Assembly (NCBI GenBank): GCA_965235115.1
Contig: OZ249436.1
Span: 15,750,001 to 15,814,000, forward strand
DNA length: 64,000 nucleotides
Direction: 5' to 3'
DNA from: Laetmonice hystrix
Lineage: Eukaryota
Every line of letters begins with the position of its first letter. Position 1 is the stretch's first letter. Shown in pieces: positions 24,403-36,960 of this stretch. Under the pieces are notes generated by a model. That model was not told the origin of the DNA, did not search any database, and was given only the letters and a program-made list of their open reading frames with translations. Position numbers and translations under genes: made by a program.

Positions 24403-24820
24403 CTGAAATATCTCATGATGACTTTCCTCGTCCCCATGGTCTGAAATATCCCATGATGACTTCCTTCATCCCCATGGTCTGAAATATCCCATGATGACTT
24501 CCTTCATCCCCATGGTCTGAAATATCCCATGATGACTTCCTTCATCCCCATGGTCTGAAATATCTTGCGATGACTTTCTTAGTCCCCATGGTCTGAAATA
24601 TCCCATGATGACTTCCGTCATCCCCATGGTCTGAAATATCTTGCGATGACTTTCCTAGTCACCAGGGTCTGAAATATTTCACGATGACTTTCTTAGTCCC
24701 CATGGTCTGAAATATTTCACGATGACTTTCTTAGTCCCCATGGTCTGAAATATCTCGCGATGACTTTCTTAGTCACCAGGGTCTGAAATATTTCACGATG
24801 ACTTTCTTAGTCCCCAGGGT
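24403..24820. repeat. 38-bp minisatellite, ~11 copies
   Basis: Unit CTGAAATATCCCATGATGACTTCCTTCATCCCCATGGT, with variants changing along the array. Confidence 0.95.
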
Positions 24821-25885
24821 ATTTATACTTCTCATCTGGAGCCGCTTACATCGCGAAAGAAATATTCTGTCACTGGAGATATTTCTTTTTATGTACTTTC
24901 CCCTATTTATTCACATTAATGCATGATCTGTTTGTGATCTTTGGACAATGAGAACTGTGTTGCTTAAAATCAATTTTATCTCACAATTTAATTCATCTTG
25001 GCCCTCGCTCTTTAAGCACAGCTAGCCACCTGCTTGACTGAAACAAAGACAGAATAAGGATAATACTTTTCGGCCATGACCACTTCAATCGACAACAATA
25101 TCTTTGATCCCACTCTGCTTATATTTTTATATTATATTGTATACCAAAAGGTAGCGGCCATGGCGGGCAGAGGACACATACCTTAATATGTATGAAAAAT
25201 GTCTATAGAGCAAACAACTCAGATGGGTGAACATTAAGTAGATTCCGTCGGTTCTGTCCCACTCGAGATTTCCTTTACAAGTTGGTCTGCTTCTCAGAGA
25301 TGAAAATAGCTGTCAATCACCACTGTTTTTCCACTCTACGGATATTATCTTGAAAGTTACATTGCTATAAATAATATTGTAGGAGATGATATTTCGCGTC
25401 CCATGCATGAATAATTGCCATGCGTCACATAAAAAAAAGATTTACCTGAAATCCAGCTTGCGACTTTTTCCCATTTCCCATTAGGGGCCCAAGTGAAATA
25501 TCGTTCTTTAATAGGAAGACTGGAGCTGAGATCTGATTGGGTACTGGGGAGTAAAGGTTCAATTTTGTGAGCTTAAATAAACGAGTATGGGGCTTTTTCG
25601 CATCCAAGAATTGCCACTGCTTAGTGACATGAAATCTAGGGGAACAAAACGACTGTGCCGTGCAGAATGGACGCAGGGCTCCCAAATGACGGAGCTTACC
25701 CCGTTCGGGAGGTTTGCCGATAGTAAATCAGTATCGTACACCGTGAAGAGTGCCTGTTTGTAGGACACCGATAATTCGACCGGATATATACCGTGATATT
25801 GATGATCACCCTGTCAAAGAAACTTCCGGAGGTCACATCTCTAGGTTAGAAATATCCACACCACTTCCAACAATTATTAAATAGC

Positions 25886-25909
25886 TGAGAAAGAGAGACA
25901 GAGAGACTT

Positions 25910-25959
<50 letters not shown>
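25886..25959. repeat. (GA)n microsatellite
   Basis: Read directly from the sequence. Confidence 0.95.
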
Positions 25960-25963
<4 letters not shown>

Positions 25964-26547
25964 TGAGTCAATGGGAGGGGCAGGGAGCACATTGTATTCT
26001 TGGTGGATCATCGGGATGATCGCAGAGATTGTACCACTCGAATATATTACGTTTGTGCTCAAGGGACGTCCTGAATTTACCATGTCAATGGGTTTTATGG
26101 CCACGTTTCCTGAAATGTACAGTTTTTGTAAGTATACACGAAGCTTAACGATCGGAAAACGGTTTATTGTGTACCACAGAACAAGACGAGAGCGTTAGAA
26201 AAAGTAGACCTATTGAAAGGTAGTGGTAAGGGTAACTAACATGTGGTAGTCTTTTAAATTTTCATTTAAACAGGAATCAGATATATTTCATTTGTTTATT
26301 TAATTTTAAAAAGGTAGAACATTACCTTGATCCCCCACTTATCTGTTCTATTTCCTAGCGCATAAAATTTCAAATTTCAAACAGCTCAGCATGTCCTATT
26401 CAAAATGTGAAAGATACATGACCTGGTTTTGATAGGGCTGTTGTCACCCCCGAACAATGTACATGTAGTACCTTTTCCGACTTAGACAATTTTCGGCCAT
26501 TTGGAGAATAGTTTACATCAGTTTACATTTATTACGGTTTTACCACT

Positions 26548-27089
26548 CAGCTATAAGCTCTCCAGTGATAAGTCGTTTACGTTCTGCCAGTCATACATCA
26601 CTGAGCACCATTGTCCTGAAAATAGGCTGTGAAATCTGGCTTGAGGACATTTCTAACCCTGGGCCTGAAATCAGTCAATGTTTACCAGAGCTAACATTCA
26701 GGATTTACGCGCCCGTATTTAACGTGAAGTCAACATCTTGAGTGAGGGACCAGAAATTAGGAGAGAAGCAGTTGAAGACTTGCGCCGTCGTGGTGCACTC
26801 TGCGTTGAGAGAGGAGGAGGCCATGTGCATGGAGGGTGTCGGTGAATGAGATAGAAAATCATCGAGTCGTGAATAAAATTCATTAATTAGACAGAAACCT
26901 TTTTTCTATAATCGGATGTGCTTTTAAGAAACAAATGCCCCCTTAACTCAAACGTCTTTAGCCAGATTTCTCTGATTGTGTGTGGCACGAAATTGTCCCA
27001 AGCTGGATTTCACAGCCTCTTTCCAAAATAATGGTGTTCAGTGATGCATGACTGGAGGAACGTAACCGACACTGGAGAGCTAATAGGCT
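26548..27089. mobile_element. Old MITE with ~100-bp imperfect TIRs
   Basis: AGCTCTCCAGTG..TTACGTTCTGCCAGTCATACATCACTGAGCACCATT..AGGCTGTGAAATCTGGCTTG matches the reverse complement of 26995-27083. The TSD is not resolved. Confidence 0.65.
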
Positions 27090-27626
27090 CTACTTTATGG
27101 TAAAATCATAATAAATGTATATTAAAATATAATGTGGCCATGTTAACCTTTTGAATATGGATTGCCTTTTTTGAAACACCCTGTAGATATCAAGAAGATA
27201 CCAAGCAGGGGTACATTCTTTAAGGAACATCAGCAGAGTGATTCGCCTTGAACCGGTGAAAGTACCGTGTAAATTTCCGAATAGCCCCCCCCCCCCCCCA
27301 CCCCACCCGATAACATTACACTGCAACTGAACCAACTGGCAAAGAACTGGCCGCGAAATCACGACCTCCCATTGTGGCCGACTGAGTGCCTGAAGCAGCA
27401 TGATTACTACCTACGACGTCCGTGACACGTTTCTTTTATTGTCTGAGTTCTTTTCTGTATTGGTGAAAGCCGTGCGGGGCCTCGTCGTCCACCTTTCCAG
27501 TTAGTAATGGAATTCGACGACATTTCGACAGCGATCTCACACATGTTCCCGTTGAGCGTCTTTGTATGGTATTGGGGGTAAAAATGAGGCCCAGCAGTGC
27601 GACCCACACACTGACTGCAGTTGTGG

Positions 27627-29217
27627 GGCCTTGTTCCGGCTAGATATGTCCGAACGGCTAGTTATGTCCGACAGGAGATATGTCCGCAAACAGGAGCTAG
27701 ATGTGTCCGGAGAAATTGATATGTCCGCAAATATCAGCTCGATGTAAACTTCCGGTCTCGCTCAGCCTTGGAATATCCATTTTAATACATCGCTGAAACT
27801 AAAAGAAAAAAACTGGAACATTTGGAAAGTTAACATCGTTTAACATCGAATAACTAAAAGAATCAGGGATTGGTCTGACTCTTCAGGGTCCAAGTCCTTA
27901 TGCCCCAGTCCCATATACGCACGGATGGACACGGCAGTCCCGGAAAGTGCCGGATCCCGCCGGATCAAGATCCGGGACGATCCGTGCTCTTTTGGGGGGG
28001 GGTTTTGAGCGGTGGCAACACGGCAGCTACACGGACGAACCCTTACAAACACGGACAAACACTGCAGCAATCAACACGGCGCCCACACGGATGACCAAGG
28101 ACCGTCCCGGACATTCACGGCAGAGCGACGGACTAACACGGACCAACACGGCAGAGACACGGACAGCCCAGGATAAACACGGACTAACACGGCGTGTACA
28201 CGAACCATCCCGGACCTACACGGCAGCGACACGGACCAACACGGTCGACCCCGGATGTTGCCATCTCCCCGGACCGTCACGGAAGAACACGACAGTTTTG
28301 AACTTCCCAAAACTGCCGTGTTGGCCTCCCGGAGCTCCAAGGACATTCCCGGACGTTCCAGGACCACCAGGGATCGCCGCGGAGCTACACGGCGGCTACA
28401 CGGTTCACACGCCGGATCGTGCCGGATGTGATCCGTGTTGATCCGGCACACGATATAGCCCATTGAGAGTCAACTGGTTTGGAACCTTACCGCAGATTGA
28501 GCACACCGGCACGGGTTCTATTTATAGAACCCTTTAGAAGAGTTGTCCACGGATCTTCGAGTTTCACCCTCACCTCTCCCTCGTGGACACCAACCGAGCC
28601 GACCTCTTCGTCCTGTCAGGTCTGTTTCCAGACTACGACCGAACGTGGAGACCCGAGTCTCGCCTTTCCTAGACAGTTGTACAGTGTTACTAATTGCTTT
28701 ACACACCCCGTTGGTCGGGTACCACAGAACAGGTGTGACAGACACAGCACAGGGGTTGATCACGATATTAAACTATATCTGAGCGAAATCACAAATCTTA
28801 AGGTAGTGCACGTTGTAGGTAAATATTTAAGCATACTTTTAAAATGCATTTTGTCTTGATTCTGAACATTTGGTTTAGTGAAAATCAAAGAAACTTGTAT
28901 ACATCCAGGCAACAACGACTCATGCCAACGTCCTATAGACGAAGGTGACACCAAGCGTCAATATCCACATTGCAGGTATTGGTGGTATCTGTGATGGATG
29001 CTGCCATCTTGTGGTCAGTTTTATATAGGCGCAATCTAGAGGATAATCCGCGGATATGTCCACAAATGTCAGCTAATTTATGTGTTCGGTAATCCGGATA
29101 TGTCCACAAACGTCAGATAAATGTGCCCGATAATCCGGACACATCTTGCTGATGTTTGCGGACATATCTCCTATCGGACATAACTAGCCGTTCGGACGTA
29201 TCTAGCGGGAACAGGCC
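27627..29217. mobile_element. Non-autonomous DNA element with ~65-bp TIRs and ATGTCCG subterminal repeats (TGT...ACA core, Ginger-like?) carrying nested inserts
   Basis: GGCCTTGTTCCGGCTAGATATGTCCGAACGGCTAGTTATGTCCGACAGGAGATATGTCCGCAAACA vs TGTTTGCGGACATATCTCCTATCGGACATAACTAGCCGTTCGGACGTATCTAGCGGGAACAGGCC. Confidence 0.75.
27901..28450. mobile_element. Truncated Harbinger-type MITE rich in ACACGG/CCGGA motifs
   Basis: Starts TTA|TGCCCCAGTCCCATATACGCACGG and contains an AGTTTTG...CAAAACT hairpin. The right TIR was not found. Confidence 0.5.
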
Positions 29218-29224
29218 TTCTTAA

Positions 29225-29686
29225 AGGCAGGGTAAACACCCACGGGAAATAAGGTTTCATAGACCAAATGAAACACCAGCATTTAACCCAGGGCAATAAA
29301 TGCCACAATTACGTTGTCAGAATGAAGTAATTAACGTGTAACCGCCCGATGTATGACGCCGCTGGTTCTGACCTTGACCTTCTTGTGTGTTCATCAGAGC
29401 CGAATGCTGCACACCGCGGCGTATTGCGTAACATTACGTGTTACTCTGCTCACAGAGCATCTGTCTACACGATGTACATCTGTCTACACGATGTTTAGAG
29501 TCCAAACGTTTGTAAACGTCCGAGGTGTTGAACACACAAGCAGAACCAGTAGCGTCACACTTCGGGCAGTTACACGTTAATTGCTTCATTCAGACAATGT
29601 AATTGTGTCATTTATTGCCCTGAGGCAAATGCTGGTGTTTCATTTGGTCTACGAAACCTTATTTGCCGTGGGTGTTTACCCTGCCT
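29225..29686. mobile_element. Kolobok-like MITE with long TIRs and TTAA TSD
   Basis: TTAA|AGGCAGGGTAAACACCCACGG...CCGTGGGTGTTTACCCTGCCT|TTAA, with an inverted match over about 125-150 bp. Confidence 0.9.
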
Positions 29687-29763
29687 TTAAACCTTTCTGT
29701 TCTCAACGATCTGAGAACTTTATTAAAAGGTTTCTGTTAAATTTGAACATATTGAAAGCTCTG

Positions 29764-31634
29764 GACAGAGATACTAACAGGGCCGTCTAGAGCCGGCACG
29801 GTGTAGGGGACTCCCACCTCGGCGTCATCACTGTGTGACAGAGATACTAACAGGGCCGTCTAGAGCCGGGACGGTGTGTGGGACTCTCACCTCGGGGTCA
29901 TCACTGTGTGATAGAGATACTAACAGGGCCGTCTAGAGCCGGGACGGTGTGGGGGACTCTCACCTCGGCGACATCACTGGGTGACAGAGATACTAACAGG
30001 GCCGTCTAGAGCCGGGACGGTGTGGGGGACTCTCACTGACCTCGGGGTCATCACTGTGTGACAGAGATACTAACAGGGCCGTCTAGAGCCGGGACGGTGT
30101 GGGGGACTCTCACTGACCTCGGGGTCATCACTGGGTGACAGAGATACTAACAGGGCCGTCTAGAGCCGGGACGGTGTGGGGGACTCTCACCTCGGCGTCA
30201 TCACTGTGTGGCAGAGATACTAACAGGGCCGTCTAGAGCCGGGACGGTGTGGGGGACTCTCACCTCGGGGTCATCACTGGGTGACAGAGATACTAACAGG
30301 GCTGTCTAGAGCCGGCACGGTGTGGGGGACTCTTACCTCGGGGTCATCACTGGGTGACAGAGATACTAACAGGGCCGTCTAGAGCCGGGACGGTGTGGGG
30401 GACTCTCACCTCGGGGTCATCACTGTGTGACAGAGATACTAACAGGGCTGTCTAGAGCCGGGACGGTGTGGGGGACTCTCACCTCGGCGTCATCACTGGG
30501 TGACAGAGATACTAACAGGGCCGTCTAGAGCCGGGACGGTGTGGGGGACTCTCACTGACCTCGGGGTCATCACTGGGTGACAGAGATACTAACAGGGCCG
30601 TCTAGAGCCGGGACGGTGTGGGGGACTCTCACCTCGGCGTCATCACTGTGTGACAGAGATACTAACAGGGCCGTCTAGAGCCGGGACGGTGTGGGGGACT
30701 CTCACCTCGGCGTCATCACTGTGTGACAGAGATACTAACAGGGCCGTCTAGAGCCGGGACGGTGTGGGGGACTCTCACCTCGGCGTCATCACTGGGTGAC
30801 AGAGATACTAACAGGGCCGTCTAGAGCCGGGACGGTGTGGGGGACTCTCACTGACCTCGGGGTCATCACTGTGTGATAGAGATACTAACAGGGCCGTCTA
30901 GAGCCGGGACGGTGTGGGGGACTCTCACTTACCTCGGCGTCATCACTGTGTGACAGAGATACTAACAGGGCCGTCTAGAGCCGGCACGGTGTGGGGGACT
31001 CTCACCTCGGCGTCATCACTGTGTGATAGAGATACTAACAGGGCCGTCTAGAGCCGGGACGGTGTGGGGGACTCTCACCTCGGGGTCATCACTGTGTGAT
31101 AGAGATACTAACAGGGCCGTCTAGAGCCGGGACGGTGTGGGGGACTCTCACCTCGGCGACATCACTGTGTGACAGAGATACTAACAGGGCCGTCTAGAGC
31201 CGGGACGGTGTGGGGGACTCTCACCTCGGCGTCATCACTGTGTGACAGAGATACTAACAGGGCTGTCTAGAGCCGGGACGGTGTGGGGGACTCTCACCTC
31301 GGCGTCATCACTGTGTGACAGAGATACTAACAGGGCTGTCTAGAGCCGGGACGGTGTGGGGGACTCTCACCTCGGCGTCATCACTGGGTGACAGAAATAC
31401 TAACAGGGCCGTCTAGAGCCGGGACGGTGTGGGGGACTCTCACCTCGGCGACATCACTGTGTGACAGAGATACTAACAGGGCCGTCTAGAGCCGGGACGG
31501 TGTGGGGGACTCTCACCTCGGCGACATCACTGTGTGACAGAGATACTAACAGGGCTGTCTAGAGCCGGGACGGTGTGGGGGACTCTCACCTCGGCGTCAT
31601 CACTGTGTGACAGAGATACTAACAGGGCCGTCTA
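29764..31634. repeat. 73-bp (77-bp variant) satellite, ~25 copies
   Basis: Unit GACAGAGATACTAACAGGGCCGTCTAGAGCCGGGACGGTGTGGGGGACTCTCACCTCGGCGTCATCACTGTGT; some copies carry a 4-bp insertion. Confidence 0.98.
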
Positions 31635-31841
31635 AATTTCCAAAGTCCAATATGCCACTGTCAAGAGTCGGTCATTTCAATGGAACAGCCAGCATGGTCA
31701 GCATGAACAGTGGACTGGGAAAATGACACAGGGCATTCCTCCTTATTGCTGGCTGTTCCATATGTTCCATATGTTCTATATCCTGATATAGTGGCCATGA
31801 AGCCGAGGTAAGCGGGACTCTGGAATATCCTATTTACGAGA

Positions 31842-32024
31842 GTGTGGTCAGAATTCTCCCCGACTACTCCCAACAACCTGGTATAGTCGTGTGGTCAGAA
31901 TTCTCTCCGAATGCTCCTAACAACCTGGTAGTCGTGTGGTCAGAATTCTCTCCGACTACTCCTAACAACCTGGTAGTCGTGTGGTCAGAATTCTCTCCGA
32001 CTACTCCCAACAACCTGGTAGTCG
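31842..32024. repeat. 45-bp tandem repeat, 4 copies
   Basis: GTGTGGTCAGAATTCTCTCCGACTACTCCCAACAACCTGGTAGTC. Confidence 0.95.
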
Positions 32025-32212
32025 GGAGCTGGTGTTCGTCCGACGTGCCCGTATTGATTGTTGTGGACAGTCCCCGTACCAAACAGTTGTACGTGTATGC
32101 CAGATTAACTTTGGAGTGAGTGTGAGTGATGGAGTAATTGAGTGTTGGTGGCTCTATAAATATACGGCCATCTTCACGGTGAAAGCAGGGACAGAATAGG
32201 AAAATGGACCAG

Positions 32213-32349
32213 GGCCCAGTTCGTACAAATTTAAGGCCTTGCTTAAGCTTAAGCTTAACGCTTCTGATTGGCTGGTCTGCATAGAGTAGCCAATCAGAAG
32301 CGTTAGGCTTAAGCTTAAGCAAGATCTTAAGTTTTTTACAACCTGGGCC
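32213..32349. mobile_element. Palindromic MITE (CTTAAG-rich, Harbinger-like)
   Basis: CAG|GGCCCAGTT..CTTGCTTAAGCTTAAGCTTAACGCTTCTGATTGGCT ... AGCCAATCAGAAGCGTTAGGCTTAAGCTTAAGCAAG..CTGGGCC|CGG. Partial relatives occur at about 9148-9190 and 36803-36870. Confidence 0.85.
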
Positions 32350-32527
32350 CGGCTGTTGCCTTCCCGGTCTTCTCGGGAACTGGTTGGTACATCGCCCATG
32401 ATAACTTAAACCCCACGAAATTTGGTCGAAAGTAAAGATCCATGGCCCTGACCTTAGCCCTAACCGCTAACTCCAGTCCCTCCACCTCCCAAAAACATAT
32501 CACTATTCTATTCCTATCGCTATCCCT

Positions 32528-33153
32528 GGCAATATGAAGTGTCCCCCCCCTCGCTTACTGTTGGATACCAGGTCCAGCGGCAATATGAAGTCCCCCCACC
32601 CCCGCTTACTGATGGATATACCAGGCCCAGCAGCAATATGAAGTGTGCCCCACCCCCGCTTACTGTTGGATACCAGGTCCAGCGGCAATATGAAGTGCCC
32701 CCCCCCCCGCTTACTGTTGGATACCAGGTCCAGCGGCAATATGAAGTGCCCCCCCCCCGCTTACTGTTGGATACCAGGCTCAGCGGCAATATGAAGTGCC
32801 CCCCCCCCGCTTACTGTTGGATACCAGGCCCAGCGGCAATATGAAGTGTCCCCTCCCCTGCTTACTGTTGGATACCAGGCCCAGCGGCAATATGAAGTCC
32901 CCCCCCGCTTACTGTTGGATACCAGGCCCAGCGGCAATATGAAGTGTCCCCCCCCCCCCCGCTTACTGGTGGATATACCAGGCCCAGCGGCAATATGAAG
33001 TGTGCCCCCGCTTACTGTTGGATACCAGGCCCAGCGGCAATATGAAGTGTCCCCCCCCCGCTTATTGTTGGATACCAGGCTCAGCGGCAATATGACGTCC
33101 CCCCCCCCCCGCTTACTGTTGGATACCAGGCCCAGCGGCAATATGAAGTGTCC
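32528..33153. repeat. ~50-bp minisatellite with a variable poly-C tract, ~12 copies
   Basis: Unit GGCAATATGAAGTG(C)nGCTTACTGTTGGATACCAGGCCCAGC. Confidence 0.95.
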
Positions 33154-35647
33154 CAGTTTTGGTTAAGGACTTATTGGTGCATCGCTCCATCGGGCGCCAC
33201 TTTTCGGTTTCTCCCATCCTGTTTTTAACCCTTTCCTATTTCCTATTCAATTCCTTAAAATTCTGCATTTTTCATGAGCAGCCCCCTCCTAATTCCGATT
33301 GATGAACTCTTCGTAAGGGTCCATTTTAATATTTAATTCCCCCTGTCGTATTGAAAATAAACAGCTATGACCCTGACAGCAACTTGGACATAACATTCAC
33401 AACAGCTTGCAGTGGATCGTTTGATTGATTTTAGCTTGTAGCTATTTTCTTTTTTTACACTGCGAAGAGGTGACGGATTGAACAAGGCAGCCTGCATGTA
33501 TAGGTGTGTAAACGTTTCAAATTGCTATCTTGAATAACGAAATGGTGTCAGTCTTGTACTCTCCCGGACAAAATCGACAAATCTGTGTGGACAAAGTATG
33601 TAAACCGCTATGAAGTCATAGTTCACGTTATGTTTCATTTCATTATGCTCTAATATCCCTACTTGACAGCCGCCGTATTGACGTACCATGCAGGTAACAT
33701 TATACGCAACATTCACGTACAAAACAAAATGAGTGAGGATAATAGATCTTTAAAAATTAGGATCAAGTTTGAGACGCTGTTCAGTTCTAATGAAAAAGAT
33801 ATTTTGTAATACCTATCCACCGTTACTTTACACTGGACTTGAAATTTGTGTTCTTGCAAATTTGCTATATTTTGTTTCCTTCATTTTGAAGCACAACCGA
33901 CAGCTGTACACCACAATATTCAATGACAGCCTTTTCATACAGGAAAGTCCCAACGTCCCAACGTCGATTTGTTTGAGAAGAATATTTTTTTCGAAAAGTG
34001 ACAAGCATATACACATGTAGTCATCTTCAGTAAGATTATTCACACTCCCTTCTCACTTGTTCACCAGGAAACCGTCTCCGAAATGAATCACATGATATAT
34101 TTCGGAGTAGGGACCGGTTGGGGATCAAGTTGCTCCGAGAGCGTCATATTTTTCAGCGTCTATCAGTGTCAATCGAGCAGACGACACTTTGATACTTTAT
34201 CGGGAACGTCGTCGTTACATCTACAGGGAGTTCTTTGTCTCGAGGGGAGGGCACACTGGCTCAATGATTTCAGCCTCTGACTCGTGATCACATCACAGAG
34301 GTTGGAATCTCCTTCGTGCCTTACGGGAGAACTAATTTAAGGTGACCGATGCCTTTTGAAATTATGTGCTTTGTGCAGGTCGATACTCCTGCAAGGTCTA
34401 ACGGTAGTTGATGCGGTTATATCCGCTTTCCGCCCCCAGTGTGACGATTTACGTGATTATCGCACCCTTTCCAACATTTCATAGCATGGGATGTCAAGGG
34501 ATATAGGAAGTTGGCGCATCCTATAGTATACCTTGACTGTTATCGACTTCACAAAATCTCTCTCTCATATAAAATAAGCTAACATTTCAGTGTCTACAGG
34601 CCAGGAGGCGTAGGCCTATTCGAGTTTATATACATGTACACTTCTCCTCATTATGGAAAGATATTAGAACAAGATCCCTGCCTCACTGCTATTGACTCGG
34701 TATGAGCCTTTGAAAGTGTTCCACACATATAGGTACATACCGTTACATCTAGGCTTCTGGAACAGAGGAAATAACAATACACTGACGAATACGGGTGTGT
34801 CATTTCTGCACCGCCTTGTGAATATCAGTAAAATGATACTCACACAGTCGTTTTTCTTGCCACTGTCCAAGATAAATGGCCCAGCAAGAGTTGCCACTCA
34901 GATGGCTGTGATGTTACAGATCTTGTAAATTAGATGGACCCTATAAGTGCAAGTTAGGGCTCGTGTATGTCGTCTGTGTGATCACATCTTTGTTTAATCC
35001 TGCATAAAGTGGCAGCACCTTCTTGGGAAAATAGGCGACAGTATTAAGAAGTACGGATGACATCATACCAGAAGCCAATAGCATAATGATACCTGAAGTA
35101 TATTCCTGCATGCAGCTACACAACATTCCAATGTTGTGTGGCCAAGGGTAATTGGGGAATATTCGTCGCCTCATCATTTACCCATAAAGATGGGATATGA
35201 ACATTGAGGGGGCTATAAGACCGATCCTTTGATGTTACTATTTTACTTGCCTATGTACATCAATAACGATTCCTGATATGAAACGAAATATTGCAACCGA
35301 GTCTGGCGACTCCGAGGGATAGGTCGATGAGGCAGCAGGAAGCTCATAGAAAGCCAATGAATCACAATGAAAATGAAATTATATTCTAGTGTCTTGTATC
35401 CATCAGTTGTGTCATGTATAATAGGACACAATCCTACTACATGTATAGAGTACCTCTCTCCGCCCCGCCGGTCCCCCGATTATGTCGTTTGTAACTCAGT
35501 GATAAAGAATGGCCACTCTTTCAATCGTTTCCAATATATAGCGATTCAGGATACTCGGCGACAAGTGTGATTGTGGTGCAATAAATATCCTTTAGCCATC
35601 CGTATGAGTTGTGGAACTGTTCTGAAATACGTGTAACTTGATCTTAA

Positions 35648-36253
35648 AGAGACGCGTCACTTTTCTCAGTGGCGCCACCTCGTGGCAATTGACGAACTCT
35701 ATTTTTACACGTTGCAACGCGTTTTTTACGTCACTCAATGCTGTCAACAACACGGCAATGCAGAGGCAGAGTCAAGTCTGGCCGCTTTGCATCCCAGAAA
35801 CAGTTTGACAAAAGGCTTCACGATGCCAGAAAAATGTACTTGACTATGTGTTTTAACATTGGAGTCTATGGGACCGATAAGACCCTTGGTAGTGAAAATG
35901 TCGATATCTCATGAATTTCCATGGTGACATATGATTTTTTTTTAATCTAAAGTGTTCAAAACAAGTCATGCAACAATTCTGAGAAGTACTTCCAGAATCT
36001 CTGGGCTAGAAATGTCTGAAAAAAATCTTCTCTCTTCTAATTCGAACCAAAAATTTCACGTATCTCTCTCTACTGTAGACTGTAGTAGTGCGAGTTGAAG
36101 GCCTATCTTCAAATGCTCATAACTCAGGATCCGATATGGTGACCCGCCATTTTCTTTGCACCAAAATACTCGAAAAATGTAGAATTATTTTATGTGAAAG
36201 TAGCCTGAAAATCTCTGGGTCAGAAATTTTTGGCTTATTGGTGTCGAGTCCCT
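35648..36253. mobile_element. Kolobok-like MITE with TTAA TSD
   Basis: TTAA|AGAGACGCGTCAC ... GTGTCGAGTCCCT|TTAA; short imperfect TIR. Confidence 0.65.
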
Positions 36254-36802
36254 TTAAAACTCGACGAGGTGAAGACAACTCATCCTGAGGGGGTTGGGTG
36301 CACAGAAATTTGTTTAATTATCGCCGATAAATCGTGCATTCTGAGGGTACCTAAGGGTGAAATTTGACAGTTTTAACTCAGGAAAAGACGCTTCAATTCA
36401 AAGTGAAAACGGGCCCTGTGTGGGTTAAACTAAACTTGCAATGAAATGATTGATAAGAAACCAAATCATTGGTGTTTGAATCAAAATCACATACTGTTGA
36501 TCCACTCCTGGGTGCAAAGGTGCCGGTCTTTCTCTTCTTCTTGGCACAGTCTCAGCGCCTTGGTGCAGCTGATATAGGAAGCGACACCTCCCCTAGGGGG
36601 TTAACCCCATACATTATGGCCGTTAGTAAGTTCAAGTGACAGCCACGGCATGGCGCTGCGTCTCACAGGCACTCAGCAAGGGAATAGTGGTCTGTCCGTA
36701 AGACAGATGACCTTAACAAACCACAGTTAGTTACAAGTGAAGAAAAGCTACCCAGCATGGAATTGACCTGCTATTGTTCAGTGGGTCTCCCTGCAGGACC
36801 AG

Positions 36803-36960
36803 GGCCCAGGTCGTAAAACAACTTAAGATCTTGCTTAAACGTAAGCTTAACGCTTCTTATTGGCTGGTCTGCGCAGACACTGGATGGCTGGTCTGCGCAA
36901 ACACTGGATGGCTGGTCTGCGCAGACACTGGACGGCTGGTCTGCGCAGACACTGGATGGC
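36803..36960. repeat. Half MITE (family of 32213) running into a 24-bp tandem repeat, 4 copies
   Basis: GGCCCAGGTCGTAAAACAACTTAAGATCTTGCTTAA...TATTGGCTGGTCTGC, then (TGGCTGGTCTGCGCAGACACTGGA)x4. Confidence 0.85.

Noticed and set aside
27130..27185. Tc1/mariner terminus (reverse complement TACAGGGTGTTTCAAAAAAG)
   Set aside because: It is a solitary end with no matching TIR nearby, so it is not reported as an element.
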